Part shown: in pieces, positions 27,897 to 38,978 of the stretch
Layout: each line of letters opens with the position of its first letter
Numbering within the stretch: the first letter of the stretch is position 1
DNA from: an uncultured Chloroflexia bacterium
GTDB lineage: Bacteria > Chloroflexota > Limnocylindria > Limnocylindrales > CSP1-4
Assembly: GCA_963813535.1 (NCBI GenBank)
Contig: CAWEZH010000003.1
Coordinates: forward strand, 448,001 to 512,000
Length of the DNA stretch: 64,000 nucleotides
Reading direction: 5' to 3'
Program-made: the position numbers and the translations under genes
The notes under the pieces: generated by a model
Seen by the model: only the letters and a program-made list of their open reading frames with translations
What the model was told of the DNA's origin: nothing
Databases searched by the model: none

Positions 27897-29367
27897 CCTT
27901 GACCGCAAGCATCAGCGCCACTCGAAGGTCGGGGTCGGAGAGGTCCCAATCGCCCCGCGACTCCAGCCGCTGGACGCGATACGCGATGGTGTTGCGGTGC
28001 ACGCCGAGGCGCGCGGCCGCTTCGGCCAGGCTCGGAGATGACAGCACGGCGGCCAGCGTGTCGATGCGCTCGCGCTGGGCGTCCTCCCGGCCGACGAGGA
28101 TGGGCGCGAGGAGTTCGCGGGCCTGGCGGATGCCGTCGGGGAGGTTGCGCACGTTGCCGAGCAGGAGGTAGGCGGGCAGCCGGGACGCCCGGACGATGCG
28201 CGGCGGGTCGGGCAGGAGATCGGCCGCCTCGAGCGTGGCACGCGCCGCGGCCTCGGCGGCCGGTCGCGCACCAGGTTCACTGAACGACCGGCTCACGGCG
28301 ATCGTCCGATCAAGGAACGTCGCGAGGCGGCTCGCCGTTTCGAGGCCATCCGGATCGTCGGCCGGTGCCGCAGCGACCAGGCGCAGCTCGAGGCTTTCCG
28401 AGCTGCCGCGGAGCAGCAACCGGCGCGGCGACATCAGGAGCCGGAGCTCGGCCCGGGTCTCCTCGCGGGCCGCGATGTCGTCCGGCCCGTCGGGAAAGCG
28501 CTGCGCCGCCAGCATCACGACCCACGGTGGGCCGTCGGCCGGGAGCGGGTCCCCTCTACGGGTCTCCTCGCGCGCCTGGCGAACGGCCTCGTCTCGTGCC
28601 AGCTCGAGGGCGAGCAGGGCGGCCACGCGTTCCGCGGCGATCCGGTCGAGCTCGTCCGGCGGCTCCTCGCCGAGCAGGATCAATCGACCGCCGGTGCCGG
28701 TCTCGCCGGCCGGGGCCGGGATATCGATCCGGAGCGCTCCCGCGCCGGATGGTCGGGCGAGGTAGCTCGCGACGGCGGCAGCCGCGGTCGGCAGATCGGC
28801 CGGAGCGTGGACCGCGATCGGGTCGCCTCGGCGGCCCTCGATCACCACGGCCCGACCGAGGAAGGCGCCGATCGTCGCAGCCTGCATGTCGAGCCCGCGA
28901 CCCAGCAGGGCGAACCGGGCGAGCTGCGCCTCCAAGTCCGCGGCGCGACGATCGAGCTCGGCGCGCCGGTTGACGAGGAAGCCGATCACGCTCCTCTCGA
29001 GCGCGACCGGATCGACCCGGCCGAGGTGGAGGGCCGTCAGGCCGGCGGTCGTGGCGGCGTCGCCGAGCGCCGACAATCGATCGTTGCCTGCGTCCCCTTC
29101 GACCAGGAGGACGGCCGGTACGCGGGCGTGCGCGAGCGCGACGATCAGGTCGTGGAGTTGGGCTGGGCCGGGCGCCACGACGGCAAGCGCCGGCGCCGGG
29201 ATGATCGCAAGGTCGCCGGTCTCGAGGGCGTCGAATGCCGGCACCCTGGGCTTGAGGACCCGCACCCAGCCGACCTCGCGCTCGCCCCGCTCGGCCGTCA
29301 GGTCATCACCGGCGACCGGTCGTGCCGTCGGGAACAGCGCCCGATGGAGATCGTGGAGCGCGGTCAC
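27835..29367 (-). CDS. PucR/CdaR-family transcriptional regulator
   Basis: C-terminal HTH_30 AAARLGVHRNTIAYRVQRL; N-terminal PucR-like REVGWVRV; GTG start overlapping resB stop. Confidence 0.85.
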   Translation of the reverse strand: MTALHDLHRALFPTARPVAGDDLTAERGEREVGWVRVLKPRVPAFDALETGDLAIIPAPALAVVAPGPAQLHDLIVALAHARVPAVLLVEGDAGNDRLSALGDAATTAGLTALHLGRVDPVALERSVIGFLVNRRAELDRRAADLEAQLARFALLGRGLDMQAATIGAFLGRAVVIEGRRGDPIAVHAPADLPTAAAAVASYLARPSGAGALRIDIPAPAGETGTGGRLILLGEEPPDELDRIAAERVAALLALELARDEAVRQAREETRRGDPLPADGPPWVVMLAAQRFPDGPDDIAAREETRAELRLLMSPRRLLLRGSSESLELRLVAAAPADDPDGLETASRLATFLDRTIAVSRSFSEPGARPAAEAAARATLEAADLLPDPPRIVRASRLPAYLLLGNVRNLPDGIRQARELLAPILVGREDAQRERIDTLAAVLSSPSLAEAAARLGVHRNTIAYRVQRLESRGDWDLSDPDLRVALMLAVKVMQNAQEVAPAPVLNCNPVA

Positions 29368-30812
29368 CCGGTGGCCGGGCGGCGGACCCTGACGAGATCG
29401 TCGAGCAGTGCGCCGAATTCGCGCTCGACGTCGACATAGCGGTCGGCACGGAACACCAGTCCGAGCCGGCCGTCGGTCGTGAGGCGGGCCCAGATACGGC
29501 GGCGGGGCCGGTAGAAGCTGATGGTGATCCCGGCGATGAGGCTCAGGAACGCCGCCCAGACGATGCCCTGGCCCGGGTCGCGTTTGGCGATCACGAGGGT
29601 GTATTCCCCGAAATCGGCCAGCGCGACCGAGATCCCCAGCGCGTCCGACACCTTCTCGTCCCCGACCCGGAGGCGGACGGCATCGAAGTTCTGGACCTGA
29701 TCGGCTCCGTCCGCGTCGGTCCCGACGACGCGGTACGGCAGGACGACCAGCACACCCGCGCCCGCGTCGTCGCGCCCGAGCAGGAGTTGCAGGCCGAGGT
29801 CGCGGCCCGGGACGGCCATGGTCTCGTACGGTGCTCCACCTGCCGAACCGAGCATCGGCACCTTGGCGTCCCAGAGCGGCGCCCCATCCGCATCCTTGAC
29901 CACGATGTGCGGCGCCGGCCCGAAGCCGTTCTGGTGGAACGTGTAGCCGCCGACGCCGAGGGGGTCGTTGACGCGGATGGTCTTGCGCGCGACCTCGGAG
30001 CCGTTCTGGAAGACGGCGAGGTCGGTCGTGAAATCGGTCGGCATGCCCGTCTCGAAGCCCGGCGCCTCGAAGTCGTTGTTCTTGACGAGCATCAGGTCGC
30101 TCGTCCCGATGTTCTGGACGGTGCGCGACTCGCCCTCCGGGATGACCAGCCCGAGCTCGTCGCCGAACCTCGATGTCACCGCCGCCGCCACCAGGAAGAG
30201 GACCAGGCCGAGGTGGGTGAGCAGAGTCGCCATCTTCGTGTACTGGTGGCGATCGCCGTACACGTACCTCGTTCCGTCCGCGCCGGCCTCCTCGCGCACA
30301 TGGAAGCCACGGGCACGCACCACACCGGCAAGGTCCCTGCCTGCCATACCGGTCATCGCCGCGCGGTCGGGCAGCCGTGGATCGAAGAACGGCTCGGGCT
30401 GTGCGACGCGGACCGCGGACACGTCCCGCCACAAGCGCGGCGTCCGATCCAACGTGCAGACCACGATCGAGATCACCAGCACGACCAGACCGATGCCGAA
30501 GATCGGCGACTTGAAGATCGAGAAGACGCCGAGACGCTCGAGGACGTTGACGATCCCCGGGCCGAGGACCGGGTCGTACCGGATGTGGATGGCCTCGATG
30601 GAGGTCGCGTAGTCCGCCGGTGACCGGAACGCGAAGTCAGGGAGTTGCTGCAGGGTCATGCCGATCGCGGCCAGGATCGACAGGAAGATGATCTGGGCGA
30701 CGGCGAAGTCGACCGATGTCAGCAGACGCCAGATACCCCGCCCGACCTGGGCGAACGGGTTCGTGGGCGCGCCCGTGGCGCTCGCCGCCTGGACGGCGGC
30801 CGGTGTCGCCAC
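29364..30812 (-). CDS. resB: Cytochrome c biogenesis protein ResB/Ccs1
   Basis: WRLLTSV, IGMTLQQ, CTLDR, LLTHLGL, IRVNDPL, KRDPG, FYRPRRRIW. Confidence 0.88.
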   Translation of the reverse strand: MATPAAVQAASATGAPTNPFAQVGRGIWRLLTSVDFAVAQIIFLSILAAIGMTLQQLPDFAFRSPADYATSIEAIHIRYDPVLGPGIVNVLERLGVFSIFKSPIFGIGLVVLVISIVVCTLDRTPRLWRDVSAVRVAQPEPFFDPRLPDRAAMTGMAGRDLAGVVRARGFHVREEAGADGTRYVYGDRHQYTKMATLLTHLGLVLFLVAAAVTSRFGDELGLVIPEGESRTVQNIGTSDLMLVKNNDFEAPGFETGMPTDFTTDLAVFQNGSEVARKTIRVNDPLGVGGYTFHQNGFGPAPHIVVKDADGAPLWDAKVPMLGSAGGAPYETMAVPGRDLGLQLLLGRDDAGAGVLVVLPYRVVGTDADGADQVQNFDAVRLRVGDEKVSDALGISVALADFGEYTLVIAKRDPGQGIVWAAFLSLIAGITISFYRPRRRIWARLTTDGRLGLVFRADRYVDVEREFGALLDDLVRVRRPATG

Positions 30813-30821
30813 GGAAAAGGC

Positions 30822-32051
30822 CTAGACGCCGACCGGAGCGCTGCGCGCGGCGCTGCGGGCGACCTCGAGCGCAGCGGCGAAGTCGGCCTGCAGATCCTCG
30901 ATGTCCTCGAGCCCCACGGACACGCGCAGCAGACCCGGGTTGATGCCCGACGCGACCAGCTCGTCTTCCGAGAGCTGGCGCTGGGAGGTCGAGGGCGGGT
31001 GGACGACGAACGTGTGGACGCTGCCGAGCGAGGCGGTCAGCTCGGGGAGGGCCATCGCATCGATGATCGCCTGACCGGCCTCGCGACCACCCTCGACATC
31101 GAAGGCGAGCATCCCACCGGAGACGCCGTCGCGGAACTGGCGGACGGCGATGTCGTGCTGGGGATGGCTTGCTAGACCTGGGTACATGACGCGGACCACG
31201 CCTTCCTGACGCTCGAGCCACGCCGCGAGTGCCGCCGCATTCCCCGAATGGCGCTCCATCCGCACGCCCAGCGTCAGCAGCCCCCGCAGGATGAGGAACG
31301 CATCGAAGGGACCGATGGTGCCGCCCGTGTCGTTCTGGAACGCCTCGACCTGACGGACCAGCTCGGCGCGGCCGGCGACGACACCGGCGATGACGTCGCT
31401 GTGACCACCAAGGAACTTGGTCGCCGATTCGATGACGAGGTCCGCACCGAGTTCGATCGGCCGGCAGACGTAGGGCGAAGCGAAGGTGTTGTCGACCACG
31501 TAGCTCGCCCCGTGCTCGTGCGCGAGCCGCGCGACCGTCGCGTGATCGGTCACCACGGTCGTCGGGTTGGCGATGGTCTCGGCGTAGACGACCTGCGTCG
31601 GTGCGGCCGCGATGGCGGCGGCCACGGCGGCGTTGTCGGTCATGTCGACGAGGTCCACCCTGACGCCGAACCGCGTGAAGATGTCGCCCAGGAGCTTGCG
31701 GGTGGAGCCGTACGCCGCGAGCGGACCGACGACCCGGTCGCCCGCCTTGAGTCGCGAGCCAAGGGCCGCATGGACCGCGCCCATGCCGGAGGACAGCGAG
31801 GTGCCGGCTTCCGCACCGGCGATCTCGGCGAAGGCGTCGCCGAGCGCGCGGCTGGTCGGGTTGGAGAGGCGCGTATAGGAGTACCCGGCCCGTGCGTCGC
31901 TGACGACGTCGGCCAGCTCCTCGGCGTCGGTCGAGGTGAACGTCGCGGTCTGGTAGATCGGCACCGTGGTCGGCCGCTGGTTCACGGCCGGCGTGCGCGA
32001 GGCGGCGCGGATAGCGCGCGTCGAGAAACCCTTCGGATCCCGGTCGGTCAT
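30822..32051 (-). CDS. PLP-dependent trans-sulfuration enzyme (cystathionine gamma-synthase/lyase or methionine gamma-lyase family)
   Basis: PIYQTATF, YTRLSNPT, DNTFASP, SATKFLGGHSD, SLGSVHT, RVSVGLE. Confidence 0.92.
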   Translation of the reverse strand: MTDRDPKGFSTRAIRAASRTPAVNQRPTTVPIYQTATFTSTDAEELADVVSDARAGYSYTRLSNPTSRALGDAFAEIAGAEAGTSLSSGMGAVHAALGSRLKAGDRVVGPLAAYGSTRKLLGDIFTRFGVRVDLVDMTDNAAVAAAIAAAPTQVVYAETIANPTTVVTDHATVARLAHEHGASYVVDNTFASPYVCRPIELGADLVIESATKFLGGHSDVIAGVVAGRAELVRQVEAFQNDTGGTIGPFDAFLILRGLLTLGVRMERHSGNAAALAAWLERQEGVVRVMYPGLASHPQHDIAVRQFRDGVSGGMLAFDVEGGREAGQAIIDAMALPELTASLGSVHTFVVHPPSTSQRQLSEDELVASGINPGLLRVSVGLEDIEDLQADFAAALEVARSAARSAPVGV

Positions 32052-32139
32052 GGCCGGGATGCTACACCGCATGGCGTCGACCCTCCGGTTGACGCCTCGG
32101 CCGGACGGGAGCACAGTCGAGGCGAACAGAGGACATCGC

Positions 32140-32430
32140 ATGGATCTCATGACCATGATCGTCGTGCTCCTCGTCGGCGCCGCCGTCGTCGGTTGGATCG
32201 CCAGCGCACGCGACGGCCGAGCGCTCGAGGCCTTCGGCCTGGGGTTCATCGGCTATCGCTCGTACGGATGGCCACGTGGGGTCCAGGAAGAGGACACGAT
32301 CCACTTCGACTTCACTGAGCACCCCGGCGGTGATGCCGCGAGCCCGAGCGGGTCGGATGTCGGCCCCGAGGCCGAGCTGATCGAGCTCGATCGTCCGCCG
32401 GAGGACGTCCCCGTCAGCCGCCTGCACTAG
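32140..32430 (+). CDS. Small hypothetical membrane-anchored protein
   Basis: AGAGGA RBS; N-terminal TM; GWPRGVQEED motif; acidic tail. Confidence 0.6.
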   Translation: MDLMTMIVVLLVGAAVVGWIASARDGRALEAFGLGFIGYRSYGWPRGVQEEDTIHFDFTEHPGGDAASPSGSDVGPEAELIELDRPPEDVPVSRLH

Positions 32431-32474
32431 CCCTCCGGCTCGCTCGCCAGAGCATCCCGGACACGCGGCGACGG

Positions 32475-32495
32475 TTTGTGCTTCGCTCCTACAAA
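32475..32495. promoter_or_regulatory. Putative XylR (ROK) operator at xylA promoter
   Basis: TTTGT-N11-ACAAA palindrome immediately upstream of -10 TACGCT (32505-32510). Confidence 0.55.
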
Positions 32496-32550
32496 TCGCG
32501 GTGCTACGCTGCGGGCGCGGTGGACTGACGGTTCGGAGGAGGGTTCGGCG

Positions 32551-33915
32551 GTGAGCGACGCGTTCTTCACGGAGGTCACCGAGCCGATCCGGTTCGAGGG
32601 TCTCGACTCGACGAACCCGCTCGCCTTCAAGGTCTACGACAAGGACCGGATCGTGCTCGGAAAGCGGATGGAGGAGCACCTCCGACCCGGGGTCTGCTTC
32701 TGGCATTCGTTCGCCTGGCCCGGGCTCGACATGTTCGGCATCGGCACCCTGGACCGGCCCTGGCTCGCGGGCACCGGGGATCCGATGGCCGACGCTCGGA
32801 CCAAGATGGCCGTTGCCTTCGAGTTCTTCTCGAAGATCGACATCCCCTACTACTGCTTCCACGATCGCGACGTCGCGCCGGAAGGCGACACGTTCGCGGA
32901 ATTCCGCGCGAACCTCGACGCGCTCGTCGACGACGCGGCGGGCTACCAGGAGCGGACCGGCGTGCGCCTGCTCTGGGGGACGGCGAACCTGTTCACGCAT
33001 CCGCGGTATCAGGCCGGCGCTGCGACCAACCCCGACCCCGACGTCTTCGCCTACGCGGCCGCCCAGGTGAAGCACATGCTCGAGGTCACCCATCGACTGG
33101 GCGGCCAGAACTACGTCCTGTGGGGCGGCCGCGAAGGGTACGACACCCTGCTCAACACCGACCTCGAACGAGAAGGCGAGCAGCTTGCCCGCTTCCTGCA
33201 CCTCGTGGCCGAGCACAAGCACCGCATCGGTTTCGGCGGGCAGCTGCTGATCGAACCCAAGCCGATGGAGCCGACAAAGCATCAGTACGACTACGACGCC
33301 GCCACGGTCCACGGCTTCCTCGTCCGCCACGGCCTCGAGGGCGAGTACCGCGTCAACATCGAGGCGAACCACGCGACGCTCGCCGGGCACAGCTTCCACC
33401 ACGAGGTCGCCTTTGCGGTCGCCAACGGCAGTCTCGGCAGCATCGACGCCAACCGGGGCGATCCGCAGAACGGCTGGGATACCGACCAGTTCCCGAACTC
33501 GGTCGAGGACCTGGCGCTGCCGCTCTACGAGATCCTGCAGCACGGCGGCATCGACCCCGGCGGGTTCAACTTCGATGCGAAGCTGCGCCGGCAGAGTACG
33601 CACCGAACCGACCTGTTCCATGCCCACATCGGTGGCCTCGACACGCTCGCCCGCGCCCTGCTCGTCGCCGCCGACCTCGTCGAGCGTGGTGAGCTCGCGG
33701 AGCGCAAGGCCGAGCGGTATGCCGGTTGGGACGGACCGCTCGGTCGGGCGATCCTCGATGGCGGGGAGTCGCTGGAATCGCTGGAGTCCAAGGTCGCGGC
33801 GCGGGAGATCGCCCCGAGCCCGGCGTCGGGGCACCAGGAGCTGCTCGAGAACCTGGTCAACCAGTCGGTCTGGTCGGCAGACGCGTCGCGGGTGGCCTCC
33901 GGCACACGGCGCTGA
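32551..33915 (+). CDS. xylA: Xylose isomerase (class II)
   Basis: [49 protein letters not shown]. Confidence 0.97.
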   Translation: MSDAFFTEVTEPIRFEGLDSTNPLAFKVYDKDRIVLGKRMEEHLRPGVCFWHSFAWPGLDMFGIGTLDRPWLAGTGDPMADARTKMAVAFEFFSKIDIPYYCFHDRDVAPEGDTFAEFRANLDALVDDAAGYQERTGVRLLWGTANLFTHPRYQAGAATNPDPDVFAYAAAQVKHMLEVTHRLGGQNYVLWGGREGYDTLLNTDLEREGEQLARFLHLVAEHKHRIGFGGQLLIEPKPMEPTKHQYDYDAATVHGFLVRHGLEGEYRVNIEANHATLAGHSFHHEVAFAVANGSLGSIDANRGDPQNGWDTDQFPNSVEDLALPLYEILQHGGIDPGGFNFDAKLRRQSTHRTDLFHAHIGGLDTLARALLVAADLVERGELAERKAERYAGWDGPLGRAILDGGESLESLESKVAAREIAPSPASGHQELLENLVNQSVWSADASRVASGTRR

Positions 33916-33920
33916 CCGGG

Positions 33921-35411
33921 GTGGGCCACGTCGTCGGCATCGACACGTCGACGACTGCGACCAAGGCTGTCCTCGTCGACGAACGCGGAACGGTCGTCGG
34001 GATCGGGGCCAGCGAGTACGACTTCGAGATCCCGCGTCCCGGCTGGACCGAGCAATCACCGACCCTGTGGTGGGACGCGACCGTCGCCGCGATCCGGGGG
34101 GTGCTCGGTGCGACCGGTGTCTCCGGTGACTCGGTCGCGGCGATCGGGCTGACCGGTCAGATGCATGGACTCGTGCTGCTTGGTGCCGACGACGCCGTGC
34201 TCCGGCCCGCGATCCTATGGAACGACCAACGGACGGCGGCCGCGTGCGATGCCATCCGCGCGGCGGTCGGCCGACAACGGCTCATCGACATCACCGGCAA
34301 CGACGCCCTGACCGGCTTCACCGCACCGAAGCTCGTCTGGGTCCGGGACAACGAACCCGACGTGTGGTCGCGCGTCGCCCACGTGCTCCTCCCCAAGGAC
34401 TACGTACGGCTCCGGCTGACCGGCGACCACGCGCTGGACAAGGCCGACGGCGCCGGCACGATCCTGTTCGATCTCGCGGCGCGTGACTGGTCACGCGAGG
34501 TCGTCATGGCGCTGGGCATCGACCCGGCCTGGCTGCCACCGACCTTCGAGGGTCCGGAGGTCACCGGCTCGGTCTCGGCGGTCGCCGCCGAGGCCACCGG
34601 ATTGCGTGCCGGTACCCCGGTCATCGCCGGCGGAGGCGATCAGGCCGCGAACGCGGTCGGCGTCGGCGCGGTCGAGCCTGGGGTCGTCGCGCTCTCGCTC
34701 GGCACGTCCGGGGTCGTGTTCGCGACCACCGATCGACCGCTCCGCGACCCTGCCGGCCAGGTCCACGCGTTCTGCCACGCCGTGCCTGGGCGATGGCACC
34801 TGATGACGGTGATGCTGTCGGCGGCGGGCAGCCTGCGCTGGTTTCGCGACACGTTCGCGCCGGGCGAGGACTACCCGACGCTGGTCGAGGCTGCAGGCCC
34901 CGTGCCGGCGGGCTCGGACGGGCTGCTGTTCCTGCCGTATCTCAGCGGCGAGCGGAGCCCCCACCCGGATCCCCAGGCACGCGGCGCGTTCGTCGGGCTA
35001 TCGCTGGCACACGATCGCCGGCACCTGACGCGGGCCGTGCTGGAGGGTGTGGCGTTCGGGCTGCGCGACGGCCTCGACCAGATGATCGCGACCGGGATGC
35101 CGGCGCCGGACCAGGTCCGGGCGTCGGGCGGAGGCACGGCTAGCCCCCTCTGGCGGCAGATCCTGGCCGACGTGCTCGGGGCGGAGCTCGCGACGGTGAA
35201 CACGACCGAAGGTGCCGCGTACGGGGCGGCGTCGCTGGCCGCGGTCGGTGCCGGCTGGTATCCCCGCGTGGAGGACGTGGCCGGCGCGTTCGTCCGGGTC
35301 AGCCCGGCGGCATCACCCGGCCCTGACGCCGGCCACTACGCCGAGGTCCACGCCGCGTACCGCGAGCTGTATCCGGCCCTGGTTCCGACGTTCCGTCGGA
35401 CCGCCGGGTAG
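33921..35411 (+). CDS. xylB: Xylulokinase
   Basis: GIDTSTT, GQMHG, ILWNDQR, GGGDQAA, SLGTSG, PYLSGERSP. Confidence 0.95.
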   Translation: MGHVVGIDTSTTATKAVLVDERGTVVGIGASEYDFEIPRPGWTEQSPTLWWDATVAAIRGVLGATGVSGDSVAAIGLTGQMHGLVLLGADDAVLRPAILWNDQRTAAACDAIRAAVGRQRLIDITGNDALTGFTAPKLVWVRDNEPDVWSRVAHVLLPKDYVRLRLTGDHALDKADGAGTILFDLAARDWSREVVMALGIDPAWLPPTFEGPEVTGSVSAVAAEATGLRAGTPVIAGGGDQAANAVGVGAVEPGVVALSLGTSGVVFATTDRPLRDPAGQVHAFCHAVPGRWHLMTVMLSAAGSLRWFRDTFAPGEDYPTLVEAAGPVPAGSDGLLFLPYLSGERSPHPDPQARGAFVGLSLAHDRRHLTRAVLEGVAFGLRDGLDQMIATGMPAPDQVRASGGGTASPLWRQILADVLGAELATVNTTEGAAYGAASLAAVGAGWYPRVEDVAGAFVRVSPAASPGPDAGHYAEVHAAYRELYPALVPTFRRTAG

Positions 35412-35439
35412 TCGCGGCGGGACGGGCTGGATCCGGACC

Positions 35440-36327
35440 CTACGTGCGCAGCTCGAGCTGCTCCAGCTCCTTCTTGCTGGCCTCCTCAGGCCGCTTGCCG
35501 AGGACGATCATGCCCACGATCTCGTCGGGCGTGACGTCGCCCTTGTCGACCGTGTCGACGATGCGGCCGTGGTACATGATGCTGACCCGGTCGGACAGGT
35601 CGAAGACGTCGTGGATGTCATGGCTGATCAGGAAGATGCCGATCCCCTCGTCCTTCAGCTGCCGGATGAGGGTGCGGACCTGGGCGGTCTCGGCCGGACC
35701 GAGCGCGGCCGTGGGCTCGTCCATGATCAGGATCCTGGCGTTGAAGTGGACCGCCCGCGCGATCGCGACCGCCTGGCGCTGGCCCCCCGACAGGGACTTG
35801 ACGGGGGCTTTGAAGTTCCTGAACCGGGGGTTGAGACGGCCCATGACCGTGCGGGTCGCGGACTCCATCGCGGAGTCGTCGAGTGATCCGAAGCGCGTAG
35901 TCAGCTCGCGGCCAAGGAACAGGTTGGCCGCCGCGTCCACGTTGTCCGCCAACGCGAGCGTCTGGTAGATGGTCTCGATCCCCAGGGCCTTCGCGTCGCG
36001 CGGGTTGTTGATCGCGACTTCCTCGCCGTCGATGAGGGTCTGGCCCGAATCGGCGACCTGGGCGCCGGACAGGACCTTCATGAGGGTCGACTTGCCAGCG
36101 CCATTGCCGCCGACGAGGCCGACGACCTCGCCGGCGTAGAGATCCTCGTTCACCCCGTCCACGGCATGGACGCCGCCGAATGAGACGCGGATGTCCCGCA
36201 TCGCGACGAGCGGCGCTGTCCCGACGGCGGTGGCCACCGGTGGGGCCACGACCCCATCGGTGACTGGATCCGTGACCCCAGGCTGTGGCGGCTGGGGCTC
36301 AGGCGTCCCGGATCCGGCGAGTGTCAT
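35440..36327 (-). CDS. xylG: Sugar (xylose) ABC transporter ATP-binding protein, single NBD
   Basis: [30 protein letters not shown]. Confidence 0.88.
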   Translation of the reverse strand: MTLAGSGTPEPQPPQPGVTDPVTDGVVAPPVATAVGTAPLVAMRDIRVSFGGVHAVDGVNEDLYAGEVVGLVGGNGAGKSTLMKVLSGAQVADSGQTLIDGEEVAINNPRDAKALGIETIYQTLALADNVDAAANLFLGRELTTRFGSLDDSAMESATRTVMGRLNPRFRNFKAPVKSLSGGQRQAVAIARAVHFNARILIMDEPTAALGPAETAQVRTLIRQLKDEGIGIFLISHDIHDVFDLSDRVSIMYHGRIVDTVDKGDVTPDEIVGMIVLGKRPEEASKKELEQLELRT

Positions 36328-37649
36328 CAGGGCCTCCCAGCTCGGCGCCGAAGGACGGTATCGAGACCGACCGCCGTGACGAGCACGATGCCGACGATGA
36401 TGTCCTGGATGGGGGCGGCGACCTTCAGGAGGGCCATGCCCGACTGGAGCGACTGCATGAGGACGGCGCCGAAGACCGCGCCGGGGATGGTGCCGATGCC
36501 GCCCGCGAACGACGTTCCGCCGATGACGACCGCGGCGATGACCGCCAGTTCCGCGCCAACCCCGAGGCCGACGACGGCCGACTCGAGGCGGGCGATCGAG
36601 ATCGCACCGCTGACGGCGGCGAGGACGCCCATGAGGACGAAGGTCATCATGATGATCCGTTTGGTGTTGATGCCACCCAGCTCGGCCGCTTCGGGGTTGC
36701 CGCCGATCGCGTAGACATAGCGACCGAAGCGACGCCGGGTGGCGAGGATCGTCATGACCACCGTCACGCCGATCGCGATGAGCACAGGGTTGGCGATGCC
36801 GGTCGGGATCTGCAGTCCGCCGTCCGGCCAGGCGATGCCATTGGCCTCGGCGAACTGACGGGCCAGGCCCTCGGGCCAGAAGTAGTTGTTGGCGATCCAG
36901 ACCGCGCCGAAGGCGCCGACACAACCGACCAGGCCGATCGTGATCTCGGCCCACATCGGCCGGACCGGGAAGCCGTAGCGGCGTCGACGTCGCCGGCCGC
37001 TGATCAGGGCATAGATCAACGCGGCAACGGCGATCCCGCCGATGATCCACGAGATGGCGGCCCCGACGGATCCTTTGGGTCCGCCGCCCAGGAGCAAGAA
37101 GGTGCCGTCCAGGGGAGCGATCGTCCGACCGCTGGCCAGGGTCCAGGCGAAGCCGCGCCAGACGAGCAGCCCGCCAAGCGTGACGATGAACGATGGGATG
37201 CCGACGTACGCGACCAGGAGCCCCTGCAGGCCGCCGATGGCGATGCCGACGATGATGCCCGCGGTCAGGGCGATGATCCAGGTCAGTGGGTGACCCAGGC
37301 CGAGTCCGAGCGCATTGGGCAGCCACTCGGCCTGCATGATCGCCATGAACATCCCCGTGAACCCGAGCATGGACCCCACGGACAGGTCGATATTGCGGGA
37401 CACGATGATCAGGACCATGCCGGAGGCCATGACCGCGACAGCCGCCGACTGGACCGAGAGGTTCCAGAGGTTGCGAGCCGTGAGGAACGAACCTCCGGAC
37501 AGGATGTTGAACCCGATCCAGATGACGGCCGTTGCCGCGATCATGCCCAGCAACCGTGTGTCGATCTCCATCGACAGGAGCATCGACCGCATCGACCGAG
37601 GGGCTCTGGCTCCGGCGTCCGGTGCGGCGGCGATCGTGGTCTGGCTCAT
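36327..37649 (-). CDS. xylH: Xylose ABC transporter permease
   Basis: [39 protein letters not shown]. Confidence 0.9.
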   Translation of the reverse strand: MSQTTIAAAPDAGARAPRSMRSMLLSMEIDTRLLGMIAATAVIWIGFNILSGGSFLTARNLWNLSVQSAAVAVMASGMVLIIVSRNIDLSVGSMLGFTGMFMAIMQAEWLPNALGLGLGHPLTWIIALTAGIIVGIAIGGLQGLLVAYVGIPSFIVTLGGLLVWRGFAWTLASGRTIAPLDGTFLLLGGGPKGSVGAAISWIIGGIAVAALIYALISGRRRRRRYGFPVRPMWAEITIGLVGCVGAFGAVWIANNYFWPEGLARQFAEANGIAWPDGGLQIPTGIANPVLIAIGVTVVMTILATRRRFGRYVYAIGGNPEAAELGGINTKRIIMMTFVLMGVLAAVSGAISIARLESAVVGLGVGAELAVIAAVVIGGTSFAGGIGTIPGAVFGAVLMQSLQSGMALLKVAAPIQDIIVGIVLVTAVGLDTVLRRRAGRP

Positions 37650-37681
37650 CAACCGGCTCCCTCACTGACCGGGTAAGGCGA

Positions 37682-37716
37682 CGCGCCCTGCTCCGCGTCG
37701 GGCGGAACAGGGCGCG
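37682..37716 (-). terminator. 15-bp stem-loop after xylF (partial terminator or mRNA stabiliser)
   Basis: CGCGCCCTGTTCCGC-CCGAC-GCGGAGCAGGGCGCG on minus strand. Confidence 0.6.
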
Positions 37717-37741
37717 AGGACAACGGCGCTGGGGGTGATCC

Positions 37742-38869
37742 CTAGCAGGGCGGGACGGACCCGGCGGGCACGTCCTTGCAGAGTTCCTCCTTGGTGACCC
37801 ATTCGTTGTCGATGGCCTTCTGGAGGTTGGCCTTGGTGATGGGCTCGGGCTGCAGGAAGATCGAGCTCATCATGATCTTCTTCTCGGGGGTCTCGAACTG
37901 GACAGCGCCTGCGACGTCGGCGAGCGCAGTGCCGGCGCAGAGCGCGACGGCGGCGGTGCCGGCCGCGGCGCCAAGCAGGCGAGCGTCCTTGCCGACGCTG
38001 ACGAGCTGGGTGCCGAGCGCGACGCGGTTCAGGGCCGCCTTGTCAGCGTCCTGCCCCGTGACGGGGACCTTGCCATCGAGGCCCTGGCCCTTGAGCGCCG
38101 CGACGACGCCGCCGGCCATGCCGTCGTTGAGCACGATCGCCGCGTCGATCTTGTTGTCCTCGGCGGTGAGGAACTGCTCCATGGTGGTCTGCGCGATAGC
38201 GGCATCCCAGTTGTCGGTGTAGTCCTCGCCGACGATCTTGATGTCGCCGGACGTGACCGACGCGCCGATGACCTTCTCGATGCCCGATCGCAGGAAGTCG
38301 GAGTTCGCGTCAGCGCTGTTGCCCTTGATGATCACGTAGTTGCCCTTGGGCACCACCTTGACGATCTCCTCGGCCATCAGCTGTCCGACGAGCGGGTTGT
38401 CGAAGGTGATGTAGAAGGCCTTCTCATTCTCGATCAGGCGGTCGTACGCGATGACCGGGATGCCTCGATCTACGGCGGCCTGCACGGTCGGCTGGATCGC
38501 CGTGCCGTCCTGGGCCAGGATGATGATCACCTTCGCGCCGTCGGTGATGAGCTGCTCGACGTCCGTCGCCTGCTTCTCGGCGGACGAACCCGCGTCGGTG
38601 CCGACGTACGAGCCGCCCGCACCCTCAACGACCTGCTTGATGTTGGGCTCGTCCCACTTGGCCCAACGCTCTTCCTTGAAGTTGTTCCAGGACACCCCGA
38701 CCTTGCAGTCGGCAGCGGCCGCGCTGCCTGACGCGCTGGCTGCGGGTTCACTGGCAGCCGGTGCGCTCGCTGCGGCGCTTGGTGCCGATGAGACACCGGC
38801 GCCCGTCGAGCATGCAGCGAGGAGTAGGACGGCGCTCAATGAGAGCGCGGCCACCCTTCGAATGGACAT
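37742..38869 (-). CDS. xylF: D-xylose ABC transporter substrate-binding lipoprotein
   Basis: Lipobox LLAAC; [27 protein letters not shown]. Confidence 0.9.
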   Translation of the reverse strand: MSIRRVAALSLSAVLLLAACSTGAGVSSAPSAAASAPAASEPAASASGSAAAADCKVGVSWNNFKEERWAKWDEPNIKQVVEGAGGSYVGTDAGSSAEKQATDVEQLITDGAKVIIILAQDGTAIQPTVQAAVDRGIPVIAYDRLIENEKAFYITFDNPLVGQLMAEEIVKVVPKGNYVIIKGNSADANSDFLRSGIEKVIGASVTSGDIKIVGEDYTDNWDAAIAQTTMEQFLTAEDNKIDAAIVLNDGMAGGVVAALKGQGLDGKVPVTGQDADKAALNRVALGTQLVSVGKDARLLGAAAGTAAVALCAGTALADVAGAVQFETPEKKIMMSSIFLQPEPITKANLQKAIDNEWVTKEELCKDVPAGSVPPC

Positions 38870-38978
38870 CGTTGACTCTCCTCCTGTGCGGTTACGCCTC
38901 GAGCGATCCGATGTCGGACCCAAGGCTACCATCGGTGATGCCCCGCGCCCCCCTCGTTTCCTCCTTTCTACGGCCTCC

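Noticed and set aside
27835-30432. 865-aa ORF as a giant regulator
   Set aside because: The N-terminal ~355 aa is an Arg-rich shadow frame over resB; the real PucR gene starts at GTG 29367
35440-37665. 741-aa ORF as a permease-ATPase fusion
   Set aside because: The upstream part is an off-frame shadow of xylH; the ATPase starts at ATG 36327
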